In this document: piece after piece, positions 26,726-39,800 of the stretch | Layout of the letters: each line of letters starts with the position of its first letter | How positions within the stretch are numbered: the first letter of the stretch is position 1 | Assembly: GCA_977030845.1 (NCBI GenBank) | Contig: OZ365112.1 | Location: 25,482,001-25,546,000, forward strand | Direction: 5' to 3' | Origin: Fimbriosthenelais zetlandica | Lineage: Eukaryota | DNA length: 64,000 nucleotides | The notes under the pieces: generated by a model | Databases searched by the model: none | What the model was told of the DNA's origin: nothing | What the model saw: only the letters and a program-made list of their open reading frames with translations | Translations under genes and position numbers: made by a program

Positions 26726-26970
26726 TCAGGGGCCAATGACAACCCTTGGGACAGGGCCCAGCACCACAATTTGCGACACGGGCCAACACCATCTCTTGTG
26801 CATTTGGGCCAACAGTAACACCATCTCTTGTTACAGGGGCAAAACTTGCGGCGGCCAACACCACCTCTTGCGACAGGGTCCAACACCACACCTTGTGATG
26901 AGGACCAAGCACCCCTTTGTCACAGGGGCCAACACCAGGCATTGTGACATGGATCTAACACCCCTTGGTC
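26726..26970 (+). repeat. Degenerate ~25-bp minisatellite, about 10 copies
   Basis: Consensus about ACAGGGGCCAACACCAYCTCTTGYG; example units ACAGGGCCCAGCACCACAATTTGCG (26751-26775) and ACACGGGCCAACACCATCTCTTGTG (26776-26800). Units are head-to-tail with no unique spacers. Confidence 0.85.
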
Positions 26971-29745
26971 ATAGAAAATGGCTGGTCCGGGAGTGTAATG
27001 CACCGATCACATTACTGGAGGTATACGTCAGCCACGCTGGGTACACTACTCTAGCCTCTCTGGATCTCTGCCCCCTGGAGGAGTACTCTAGCTGTCTCAA
27101 ACCTCCACCCATGATCCTCCAGTGTCGGGGCTGGCCTTGGCGTCTCACCCAGGGCTATAAGTCAGGTATAAATCACCAACAAACATCATCTTAATATACA
27201 CACATGTATGACTACTTCCTCTCACTCACTCCCCTTCTCTTCCATTCCTACCAATCCCCTCCCGCAACTCATCTGCTTACCTCAGTATGCAATCCACAAA
27301 CCATGCTCATTTCAAATCCGTAAATTTATAGAGGACATGAAAATAGGAGTAGCAATTATTTTTCTGACAGAATGTATATTTTTCATTCCATCACACTTAG
27401 GGGCATAGCTTTTATTTTCATAAAAATAAAGATGAGACTCAAAACTAGAAGAAAGTCAGAGTTCTATGGAACGTACGTCTTTTCAAGTAAGGACCTCTGA
27501 GAATGGGGACTGCTTGCGTTGGGGTTGCATTTCAAGTTATTTGCGAGGGGCTTGGCAAGCACTTGCAAATTAATTGGCTGATCGAGTTTCCATAAACACC
27601 ACATGGATCCATTTAAAGGAAACACCATGGAGATCAAAGGCCCGGGGGTTGCGTTACCTTATGGAATTTCTCAACGGGCCCAAGTGACGGATATAGGTTG
27701 TGGTAGCTATATAGAAGCAATGTATGTTTGGCCAACACGAGCCAAACGTTTGAAGCCCTACTCAAGACACATGCTGCCTGGGCTGCTCCTGCTTCTCCAC
27801 TTACCCCTGATGACAAACTTGCAGCCTTGGATTTCACGCAAAGTTCACGGGGGAGGATAAGTCACGACACACCGACTTTCCAACCCCCAAACTGTCACCA
27901 ATCGAATCCAGATGTCCATCGAGGGGTGTTATGAAAAGGAGCCTCAACGAAATGTGAAAAAAGCTCCCCTCCTACCCTTTGCCCTTATTTCAAGTTGGCA
28001 TTTTTTTCAACTCCAGGGCGAGTAATGGACAGTCATGAATGGCAAAATAGCCCATTATCGCCCTGCCAACCTTCTGGCCTTTCAGTAAAGCAAATAGCTT
28101 AAAAAAACCAAAGGTTCAGCATAGAGAAGAAACAGATACCTTATTACGTTGACTTAGGCAATAGGATTTTTAATGCAGAAAAGGTGCTTTTTGTGTGAAC
28201 TTTTCAGACTTGACATTATCCAGTTTCTTAATCTCTCTACCAATGTAAACCATTGCCTTGCAATACGCCAGAGAATGAATCTTGTCTTTCAGTCTAAGCA
28301 TCAGACGCACCTTATTACGTTTCAAGATGTCAGTCATGTTAAATATCACACTCCCTCCAAGTCAAGCTTCATATCTCAGGAATATCACTAAACACACTTT
28401 TCATAGCTATAACCTGCGGCCTGCAGTTGGGATTGTTCTGCCTTTGTTTTTCTATTGACTATCTGACATAGATACCGCAGATTGGTATTCATCGTTTGGA
28501 AAGGAGTGTTGTGACACCTGAAGTCCTTGCAGATCAGAGGACAAAGTAAACAAAGTAGGCCTCAGCTCTATGGGCAGGCTATTTGATATGGAGGAAGTGA
28601 TGAGTAGTTCGCGGAAATTCCGCCAGGTGGTATGACAGTTCCTTACCACACTGAGAATTCACTCTTCTCCACTCGATGTCCATGGTCCATGTATCTGCTG
28701 CAGTAAACCATGATTTCCTATCCGTCAGTTTGTTCTCTATTGTCTGTCGTTATCTCATTTAATACCAGAACAACATTGATAAGATCTTACATAAATCTAA
28801 AGAAGTAAAAAGACCCGCTATTTTAGACCAAAACAACCCATTTTTTTCACCCTCTTACAAATGATAATTTTAGGGGGAAAACTAGATATAGAATATCAGA
28901 ACCAAGAGGGTCATATCTTTTGAAGATTTTAAAACCACAAGTAATAAATCAAGTGCTTAAATTACTCTGGATATATGTAACGAATTTAAGGATGTTTTGC
29001 ACAGATGTAGAGTCTGAAAATACAGCCCTTTTGAAAGTGTAGTGGGCTGAAAGAGTCACAATAATACATCTGGTTAATGTAGTCAAAGTTCAGCCATTAT
29101 ATGGTGACTAAACTGAGATGGCTTATTAGACAGATTTGATTCTATCAAACATTTTGTCCTTTTTTTCAAGAATCATCCGAGTCTAAACGCTGCATTTGTC
29201 TAACATGCAGACGGGCCATCTGCACAGATGTAGGGTATGGATTTTGACAGGCAAATTGACAATAGAATAAATTTCATTGAGATAAAATCAACCAAATGTA
29301 AATTGTCCTCATTGCAATGCAAACATCTCTAGATAAATACCGTCAGTTTGAAATTGTTAAATTCTTGCTAGAAACAAAGCAGCAAAAGTCAATCTTTAAT
29401 GTGTCATATCCAGCGCTATTACTCTGATAGTCATCTTATAAAAGAAGTTAAAAAGATTCTCTGTCTAAAGGAGATATTTCAATAGGAATCCACGAGACTT
29501 GATCGTCTCGGTGAGAGACCAATTGCAGAGCCTATCAGAAGATATCAAGACAACCTATTCATCTCTCGGCATCATTTTTTCACGAGAGCACCCCTCGAGA
29601 AAAAAAGTTTCGTAAGAACATTAGTGCTGAAATATTGGTGACAGACCGCCAAGGTAAAGCACCGAGGAAGACTAGAGACCTAATCTAGTAACTGAGCCGA
29701 GAGGAGAAATTCATGGGGGAAAACATCCGACGGCACACATGCCTC

Positions 29746-29757
29746 CAATATGGCGGC
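29746..29757 (+). promoter_or_regulatory. YY1-like motif in a locally CpG-rich segment
   Basis: CAATATGGCGGC versus YY1 consensus CAAGATGGCGGC. Confidence 0.3.
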
Positions 29758-30337
29758 GGCTCCCTGACATCTATCCATCAGCAGAGAAGTGAGGCTGGTC
29801 GGGGACGTACGGGACGAGGGGGAGATAGAGTCTGGGGTCAAATATGCCATCTCGAAAATATATGTAATGATTTGAGGCACGTGATAAGGATGTTTTGCTC
29901 GGAATTAATGTCGTGCCTTTCATTTAAGACTCTCAGGAATGTGGAGAGATAACGTTCAATCAATTCCTCTCCTGAAACTCGCTTATAGGTCTATGCCAGG
30001 TGGATGGAATAAATAATGTTGGAAAGGAGATGGATGGTTTATTTCATTTGGGGGGTTGGTCGTAGCGATTTATAAGAGGAGAGGGAAGGGTTTACATGGA
30101 TGTATGTTTTTCACACCTACCTGGTTCATTGTTGTTTGATCGTGACTTCTCCTTGTCCCTTATTTCCGTCTCTTGTGGCTCCCTCTTTATAGGAGTAGAC
30201 GAGGACCCTGTCATTTTCCGTTCCATATTTACTGCCGGAACCTCACTTCATCTCTGGAAATATATAAAAGAAAATTTGGTTAGCCATTTTGTTGAGAAAA
30301 AATCGGTCTAATTTTAAATAGTCTCTCTCTTTTTCAG

Positions 30338-30385
30338 GGGTGCACTTTTACCACTTTAGCCAATTACCGCATTATAAAAGTCTTG
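30338..30385 (+). other. Candidate 48-nt frame-preserving exon
   Basis: Branch ctaat at about 30309, acceptor tctctctcttttcag, donor TTG|gtaatt. Phase-0 reading GCTFTTLANYRIIKVL. Confidence 0.25.
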
Positions 30386-33300
30386 GTAATTCTAAGGAAA
30401 ATGGGAAGGCTTTATTTCAAGATACATTTCTCAAAGGACATGCAGGATTCTCTATTTTGAAATTGCAATAGTCTGTGTGAAGTCCCCAATAAAAAGAATA
30501 GCCTCACTGATCTTTCTTCACCAAAGATGAAACGAGAAGAATGTAAAAAAAAAACTTCAAAATGTACATAAGTGAATCTTCTTTTTATAAAGACTGGTGA
30601 ATTTGGAGGACTCCCCAAATATTCTTGACGGTATACCACACAACATCACTAGCAAAGAGCAATCTTAGCATTTTCCAACTGGCTACTCAAGGGTGCTTGG
30701 CCAGGGCAAGCCTTACATCCAATAACCATATTTTCAGCTTGGTGGCCCGAGGGCTGGCCAGTGAAGCGCACATCGTCACGCCGACCTAACACTACAATGT
30801 CGAGAAGGTCAGGACTTGAGCTGATGGAAAAGGACCTCCAAATACTCAAATCACCCCTCTCTCAATACACACTTCCTTTGAATGCAATCCTTGGCTCTCA
30901 ATGGTGTGTTTGGCCAAGCCCTGCCCGTCTATATTGTAATATTGTTCGAGTTATCTGCCTCTTATGCCTGCCTCCCCCGCTGCCACCCAAAAGCTAAGGT
31001 TCTTTCTTGAACAAGCATGAAATCAGGAAGAATGTGGATGGTCGTTGGAAGTGAGGTATTGCTAATGCAATCATACATGCTTTATGCGGCCGAAGAGACC
31101 GAGGGCCACACTGGGCACCAAGAAGCGTCTGTAATCAGCAGGTTTCAGGGCCGGGGGAAGCTGGACCCAGTGAAAAGTAGGGGGGTGGATGCCAAAAAGC
31201 TTGAAAAGTGGGGGCTATCGCCCATATACATCTTTTTCTTTGAGCATTGACAAAAAGCGCTGGAACAAACTTATTCCGCTTGGAGTGCGCTTGCGCGGGC
31301 GTTGAAGCAAACATGATTTCAAGCTGTGTATACAAGGTTAACTTTCTGGGCAAAAGATCAACAGAGGAATTGGTGAAAAACTCCCGCCATTGACTTAACA
31401 ACTCTTGTTTGGATGATGAAATAAAACAAACCTTCTCATTGACTGGTTGACAACATTGGACCAGAGCGGCATTGTCAGATGGCAGGGAAGAGTGTTGTCA
31501 TAGTAACCGAAGGAAAACAAAGAGAGAAGAGTGGAAAAGAGAGTGTTCCACGAAGGGTGTTTCTCTTAAGTCAATATTACGCCCAAAATATGATCATCAC
31601 CTGGCAACGAGTGGAGGGGAATTATCTCTTAATCTTCATCACACAAAATCATCCTAATGATCCTCTAATCCCTGGGTTTTCAAATCAGGAAATGATACAA
31701 AGAGAATCTAGAAGGAACAAAAATAGTGGTAGCTGGTCTCCCTAATTTAAGAGGAGGTTGAAAAATTCACGTTGACCTTTCACGCCAGGTGAGTGGTCAT
31801 AGAAAAATCTGCTTCCGACAGAGGTCCCAAAAAACATGTGGAATTATAAAATTATCCTCGCCTCTCCATCGAGTAATGAGGCTATTTTTCCTTGTTCTCC
31901 CCCCTTGCCACATGAAATAGCAAAATCTTCAAAAGTAGGCAGGAAGCTTGTGACAGTAGCTTTGTGCTTTAGAGTCAATGCTTATAGCATGTCTGTGACA
32001 GCTGAAAGTAGTTGACTTTGGTGGCGTGTCACATTGTCGAAAAGACTGTATAGGGTGGAATGTTGGGCCACATATGTAGACCCCAACAGGTGCAGAGCAA
32101 GAAATGCCTGTATAGGCCTCATTACATGCTAAACTGTGTAGTGGACTTCAAAAACTTGAAAATCATGCTCGAGTGGAGGGCAGAGAAAGATTATGCTCAA
32201 CCGTTCGAAGGCAAGCTTTGAGAGGCATTGATGCTTGTAATGGAATTGCTATATCAACAGCTTTTCATTCAGAAGTGAAAACCTGCAGTGGATTGCTCGC
32301 AAGGTGAAGGGGGGAATTAAGCTTTGGTGTTCGGCCACATAATAAATACTTATATCAGATTTTGACGTTGCAAAAAGCGTGCATGGAACTCACGTGCAAG
32401 AGCCCTTTACATGGGATGCATGTTTACAGCCAATGTGTGAACACAGTTCAGTGGAAACAAAAAGGAAAGCTACAACTGTTCCTTGTGAAAAATATTGACA
32501 AAAGTGTGTCTCATTTTCAGTCAGAACTAAGAACCAAAACATGTGTTACCAGTCGTTTTTCAATCCGTCGTAAATCAGGGGATATATATCTTACTTGAAC
32601 AATATGATTTATCAAAGGCATACAAAGATTTGTTTATGGGGTAGATGCATTTCTTGAAACTTGAGTGGCCCAGATCTTTGGAAGTGAAGGAATCACTCAA
32701 AGTGGGGCAGCTCGTGTATAATAGACTGTGTTGCTGGTGTCATTCAAGTGTCGCTGACACCATATCACAAGCTGGGCTTATATTCCCCCATTGTGATATA
32801 ACAAAAACACAGTTATGTCTACCCAAGTGCATCCCGAGCAAAAATGCTCCCAAACTTGTTTATTTTCTCACAGAGGAACCAAAAAGGAGAGAAATAGTCA
32901 ATTATTTAACGAAACTAAGGAAAGCATGACCAATATCAGGCCCTATATATCCAAATTAAGCAAACGGTATAAAAGAATCTTATATGCTTTGCAATGGATT
33001 CCTTAAATCCTTGGATATGTCTTACAAAATTAGAACAATCAATTAAAATGAGTTCGAAATTTAATTTAAATTGTACCTAAGCACAAACGTAAATTTATGA
33101 GATTGTTATCCACTTCAAACAATTTTTTTCATCGGAAGGCAGATTTTTTTCATTAAGGAATGTCCGGGGTAACCAAGGGGGTTATTTTCATCGAGTCCTC
33201 TCTGCCCCCTCGGCATGGTACCCCATAGCACAGTGGTATATTACCAGCCCCCTATCAACAGCCATTAGACAGGCTACTACAGTAAGTTGCATCTTACCCT

Positions 33301-33863
33301 CTTATTATGTCACAGCAAAGGCAGTTAGTGAATAGAAAATAAGCTGGCGGTTCAACCATTACAACCTATTATGCATGCCTTTCAAATATCACTCCTCATT
33401 CGAGTTCAGAACAAGAAAGGCGATGAAACAGGAGTTAGCATTCTTACAAGGGGAACAAAGAAGAAAACAACAATTTTCCCATCAAAATAATCACTTGGGA
33501 GCCAGTTACAAACCATGACACCCCGTACACAGGTCGTAAATCAATGTAAAACTACTGATTTTTCAAGATAATTATATCTTTACTTAATGACCTCATAATG
33601 TCTATTTGTCCATATTGAGAATGGTCCAAAATGGTCCAAAATGATTATAATGTTGTCTCATTTGTCTATTTATAGATTTCAGAGTTCACCTTAGCATTAT
33701 TTCGCCGGGAGGCTTGAATTTCATACTCTTCATGTAAAGTTGACATGTAGTTTAAGGACTAATTCCTCGCTCATTGCAAACAAATTGAGCTTTTCTGACC
33801 AGGCCTTGACCCCTGAGCCAGGAGTGAGTTTTCCCATTGGTGACCTCCGGGGGTCTCCCTGTT

Positions 33864-33881
33864 GGGTCAGGTCAAAGTTGA
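33864..33881 (+). promoter_or_regulatory. Nuclear-receptor composite element
   Basis: GGGTCAGGTCAAAGTTGA contains AGGTCA-A-AGTTGA (DR1-like). Further half-sites lie nearby (GGCCTTGACC about 33803, TGACCT 33841). Confidence 0.35.
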
Positions 33882-35759
33882 AAGTTGAGAGGCTGAGGGC
33901 AATACACCTGAGCACAGCAGTCGGTGGGGGAGGCCATGTGGGAGGGGCAAAGGTATAATGGTCCGGAAATATACTTAAAATGGGTTAAATCTTAGAAGTC
34001 ATACGCCACCACAGGCTGAAGGGGGCTGGGGTTAAGGGTGAGGAACGTTATCCATAGGCAATTGAGTCAGGCAGACATTTGGGGATCTTTCAGGTGATTT
34101 CATTCGGAAATTGCATGTAATAGTTTATATGTCAATTCCCAGTGCAGGATTGGGTGCAAGTAGTTAACTGAAGAATCGAATGCATAATTATTATTTCAAT
34201 ATTTTAATTCAGGGATGTATATGGAAATTCTTCCAGTCTATAGGGCTTGGTTCGATGCATTGTTGGTAAAATTCTGTTTTATTGGGACTTTTACAAAAGC
34301 TCAGCACTTCAGATCAATACTTTTCCACTCGATAACTCGATGTATCGCAGTGAATTAAATTGGATCTATTTGTCTCTTTCATCAATCGAGAGATAAGGAC
34401 ATCCCTGATACGTTGACAAATTGCTTCGATCCATTTCAAATGATCATTGGAACTTCTAATGACATAAAAAGCCCAGTGAAACATGTACGCCATCATCCAT
34501 AGAGAACTTAGGTGCTGCACATTTGACTGCTATCTTTGGTATAGGTCAATCCAGGGGGCAAAGGTGTCCTTAACGTGTGTGGCACAAGGAGAGGGATACA
34601 CGTATTTAGAGTCAGTGCACTTTAAATATGTTATCATATACATTACCCGGTATTAGCTTTTAAGCTTAACTGACTCATCATGGTTGAATCGCATGATGAA
34701 ATACATTAACCAATGACATTGATCGCAATAGAAAAGCGCATGATCGATACACCGATGAAGGCCCCTCGCGCTGTTTCTAAACAGTCTCACACAGACAAGT
34801 TTCATCAGAGGGATTGCTTAAAGTTTTATGAAACTAAAGCAATGGATGTATTATGCAACACTTTCATTTGTGTTGGCTCTTTTTAAAGTTTTTGTATTGT
34901 TGCATGACCACTGAAAATTTGATGCAATGCAAATCTGCACATCCAATGTAGACCCCACAGTGAGAATGAAGCAACATTGGCCCTACTGCGTTGCTGTTGA
35001 ACATTTTGTGACTTGATATAGTACCTTCAGTTGTGTTGCTTTCTAACAAGCATTAGGGGTCCCGGGCATTGGTTTCCCCTGATAAATCTATGTCAACGAG
35101 TTTCTCCAACATCTTCTGACTTTTCCAGGGCTCTTAAATGCCAGGTGTTAACTTATCTGTTCTTGAAAAAAGAGGGGAGACGACAACACGAATTTGAGCT
35201 GCAGGTCCAGTTAGAGCTTTGGATGTGTGAGGCAAACAAACATTTCTCACAGGTCCAAAGACTTTCAAATCATTAAATTGTAAATGATAACACCATCAGC
35301 TACGTATACGAGTCTTTTACTTCTTCGAAGCAACCAAACTTCAAACATTCATTAGCTGAATCATTGCTAAGCACAATTCAACGACCACACATAAAGAGAT
35401 GAAATTTTCATCGACATCAGTTTCCAGCCATTTGTCCTCATTGTAAATGCTTCAAAGCAAGCCTGACTTTGTTGTGAGTCGTGAATATTTAAGATAAATC
35501 CCTTCTAATTGTCGTCGTAACGTCGCATTTTTCCACTCGAATCAAATGAACAAGAGATGATTCAGAAAGAGGATGACTAGGAGGTAGTGAATAAGTCATG
35601 CTCGCGTCGCCCATCCTCCAAAATAGATGTACAATTAATGAAATACAATCAACTTCGTTAGTTGGCCTTCAAGAAGACCCATTCCCGCACAGTCAGACTC
35701 TTGAAGTAGGCCTACTATATTGCACCAATGACATTATCGCACAGACTCTGGGAACTTAC

Positions 35760-36370
35760 TTCGTTTGATAAAACATCGTCACTTTTTGGAAGTTCAGAAG
35801 AGGAAGTTGAGTTATAAACGTCTTTGGAACAAATAAAAAAGGCCTAAAAATTTTGCATGCCTGTGAGTGAAAGGAGCAAGGTGTGCATAAATGCACGTAA
35901 AAGTGTAAAATTAATGAATTGCAGAAGATGAGGACATTTTGATGAGGACATTTTGATACTATGGTGGGATAAGCATTTGATGGAGCGTTTCTAATTTTAA
36001 ATCCAAACCTCCAGAAGAGAAGGGTCAGAAAGTGGGACAGTTATAGGGAGAGGCAGACAGATGGTTAGAACGGGAGAAAGACATGCGACACGATAGAGAG
36101 GGAAAGGAAGGGAAAAGGATGGAAGGGTAGACTATAGCGAGAGAAAAACGGGAGAGTGAGAGAAAAAATAGGGAATGAGACAATTAGAAAGAGAATAGGG
36201 GGAGGAATAGACCGCACGAGAAAGAATGGAAGGAAGAGGAAGAGATAGTGAGTGAAAGAAAGGGTGGAGGCGAAAGGAAATGAGAGAGAGGTTTCTGGGG
36301 AGAAAGAGAGAGAGAGAGGACGGAGAGAGAGAGGGGTCGCGGCGTTGCGGCATCCTCCTTTTGTCAATTC
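35760..36370 (-). other. Candidate alternative first exon (5' end approximate)
   Basis: Donor GAA|gtaagt at 35760/35759, long TC-rich leader on the minus strand, ATG at 35776 (MFYQT plus 2 nt), and a CpG-rich region with a CCAAT box upstream. Confidence 0.25.
36065..36335 (+). repeat. GA-rich polypurine low-complexity tract
   Basis: About 270 bp dominated by A and G, ending in (GA)n. Confidence 0.85.
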
Positions 36371-36890
36371 ACATTCAATCAGATCACTGCGACCACACTT
36401 TCTATCTGGCGGGCCAGGTTTTACCTATACGCCAATCAAGCCTGGGCTGATTAGTAGAAGACAAAGGAGGTGTCAACCGAGGCTTTTTTCTCTCCTCGGC
36501 TAATTGATGCCCCCCTAAATGATCTTCAAGGAGGAAATCCGTGCAGAAAGATAAGGCGCTAGGCGGCGTAGCTCAGCCTCCAGGTTTTAACGCCTATTTT
36601 TGTTGCTGCCGTTTGCCGCTCTCTCTGTCGTTAGGGTGATTGATCGTAAACATGTCGGGAGGTCGTCGACCAGTCGACGCAAGCGACCGGAAGGGTGGCA
36701 AGTGTATCGTCACACTGAGTGCGACCATTTCAGGACGGTGTCCACTATACCGACTTTGTGGTGCGATCCAATCGCGATCATTGAAGTGGACTGGACATCG
36801 CACTCATTTCAGGGGAATTTCAAAAGAACGAAAAGACGCTGGGGGAACCACAGTCCGGGACAATGCCTTCATAAAATGAACATGCCCATG
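36340..36890. promoter_or_regulatory. CpG-enriched promoter-like segment
   Basis: CpG density visibly above the flanks; GCCAATCA at about 36441; TGATTGAT (Pbx/Hox-type) at about 36637. Confidence 0.35.
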
Positions 36891-39800
36891 ATCTAGACTT
36901 TACAGTTCACAAAAATATAATCATTTTATGTAATGGATAAAAATGAGGGATATCTATATAGGTTAACATACACAGTACCTCACATCATTTTTAAAACAAT
37001 TTTTAAAAGGGAAAACTATAGTACATTAAATTTCCTTTGATATTGGCCGATTGTACGATTTATTCTTATTTCCTTTGAATTGAGGTTGTCAATAATTATT
37101 CGTAATAAACTCTCTATATAGTCTGCATGAAAAATGATTTCATACCATTGAATGGCCACAAGGCCACTCTTGTCTCTCAAGCAGGATAAATTAATCACGG
37201 CAGAAGGAGTACAGTCTGACAGTGGTGTCTTGATAATTAGACAGAGTCAATTATCAATTATATCTTGAGCATGGAAGTGGGCCTTGCCATGGGGCAATTA
37301 CCATTGGGGCCTCAATGTCTCCTTGTCATTCACCCCCGCGCTGATGACATTTTTGGCAGTGGGACATACCAATGAATTATAACTACTTGAGATCAATGGG
37401 AAAGATAATATCAATATTTGATATGGAGAGGCGACTGTCTGTGCCACCCTGAATTTGGGGGATGAGTATCATGTGCACCTTTTGTGACCCGTACCCATGG
37501 AGAATAACTTAATATCTATAATGAAAAGGTCGATGAAGGCTCAATTCAGCAACAATTGGCAGGAATAGCTATTAGCATCAAAAGCCTCAATCAGAATAAT
37601 GAACTGCAAAAAGGCATTTCAGACTCGGCGCATCAAGTCGCGTGAAATAAATGGTGAATAATTATGGGGCAAAAGCCCTCATCTACTTATACTTCGAGAA
37701 AAAATTAAATCATGCTCTTGCATAAATTTTGTTTACAAATCGCCTCATTCTACAAATCCCCCGACCACTCCTGCCTGCATAGAATGAAGCAACAGATCAG
37801 GCTACTGAAAGAAGCCATAATCTAGAAGCCAGTGTAATCTAATTTAAGCCAGATTAATCGCTCCCGATAAATCCATGGTATACCAGTGGCTTCCTATAAA
37901 GTACACTAATAAGTCCTTGATGGGTTCGGATGTAACTCGGCCAGCACGGGGATGCCAGCTAAGCTCTCAATTGACAAGACACCCAACAAACTGCCCAGAC
38001 GGTTTACACCCGGCAAAACCAATTTGACATCCAACTTTGCAAACACCCTGAGGGGAATCTCAAGCTTCCTCATACTTGTGGCCTTAAAGAGAGAGGGGGA
38101 GCTTGGAAATTCGATCCCGCTCACCTTGCACCAGCGCCATTGACAACGCCAGCTGAGCTCTGTCGGTCTGCTGGCGCCTCAAGCGGTGACAACGACATAG
38201 GCCGATTATTGCTTTGCTAGCGCCTCACTGCAAAAGGTAAGATAATACCCATCGAGAAAGGTGTTCAGGACGTGTCAGCCAAGAGCTGAACACCTCCCTT
38301 TCCTGTATTCACAACTTGCACAAAGCAGGCCTTCCAATTGCTTTGAGGGCCAAAGGAAAACTCACACATAAAGTTAATCCCCACAAAACATTGTCACATA
38401 CCAAGTCTAATTGAATTTGCTTGATTGTTCAGGGTTGGATCCTACATATGGGAAAGGCTTTCTATTTCTGTTCTTGTAACCGTTTTAGTCAAGAAAAAGT
38501 TCAAAAATTGTCTAACTGAGAACAGCAATGCTATGTTGGAATATAACTCGATGTCCTTTTATGTATTCAACGACATAGCCATTCACCCATAGCATCAGTC
38601 TCCCACTGAAGGGAACGTTTCAATTACGATGAAAGATGTTTCAGAAGGTAATCCCTCTTGACAATATTTTAATTAACTCAAATTCAATCTATATCCACCT
38701 CCTTTATCAAGCGAATCCTTTAAATATATTGCAATGGAAGATGACACTAATAATTATCCCCTATGTTTTGATGTGACATAAGCTATTGCCATTACATCAA
38801 TGCATTCAATGCGTTTCAAGCTTGGCGTATAATCAACACCACAGTTTTTCCATGCATATTATTCCACCTGGCTTTCCGAGCACTGCATCCCTATTAAATT
38901 TTCGTCCTTTTGATATTCATGTGAATTACATTAGAAAAGTGGGAATGGGATTTGGAGCTCTCCTTCACCTTTGAGTAGATTCTCTTTGGGGTGTGAATGT
39001 GGTAAAAACCAATCTAGACATGAGGCAAAGGTGACAAGAGGCAAACAAGATGCAGGTATACTTCATGTCGGCAATGGAAACACTTCAGATTACCGCCTCC
39101 ACCTGCAAGCCCCGCACCTCAATGACTTAAACTTCATACTCTATACATTCTATAATGTTTCCTCTCAAATGATGCAAGTGGAAATGAAAATTACACAAAG
39201 TGTCATTTTCCAATGGGAGCTGGAGCGTGAAAATGGGTCTCCATGTATTGGTCTCAAATATACATAGATAGGCTAGTTCAACATATGGGTGATTTTTTCT
39301 TTTTCTTTTTGCTTAATAAGCTATCATTGTACACACTTATAAAGATCCGATCTATATCTTGTACTTATGCATGGAAAGTTGTGAAAATCCAAATGTTCTT
39401 AAGTTTTACCTAACCATTTCCATTAAATTCATTACCCTTCAAAAGTGGACAAATCACCTTTCTCCAGACCCTGTAATTGAGTTTTTCATCCCAATGCATT
39501 ATCCTCAGAATCACAATTTACACCTTAGACAAAATTACATACGTCTTTAAAGCAAATACAGTCACCCCCAAAAGCCAAAACCCGTCCCATGCCAATGCAT
39601 CATCTCCCATCATCTCGGCCTTTGATGTGTCATTTCAATTGTGGAATTTGAAGCCTCTCTGTTTAATTTCACCGTCAATCCAACTTGAAACCCGATCCTG
39701 GCCTCAGTCCTTTTAGACATATTGCAACACTTGGAGATGTTTCTGTTTTTTTACTGCTTGCATCAAGTTAACCCCCTTGGGCCTATCTACAGTAAGGCTC

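Noticed and set aside
26700-27194. 164-aa repetitive ORF and superficially CRISPR-like periodicity
   Set aside because: It is a head-to-tail degenerate minisatellite with no unique spacers and no cas genes, in a eukaryotic context.
36562-36576. GGCGGCGTAGCTCAG resembles a tRNA 5' end/A-box
   Set aside because: No D-loop GG, anticodon arm or T-loop/B-box follows, so it cannot form a cloverleaf.
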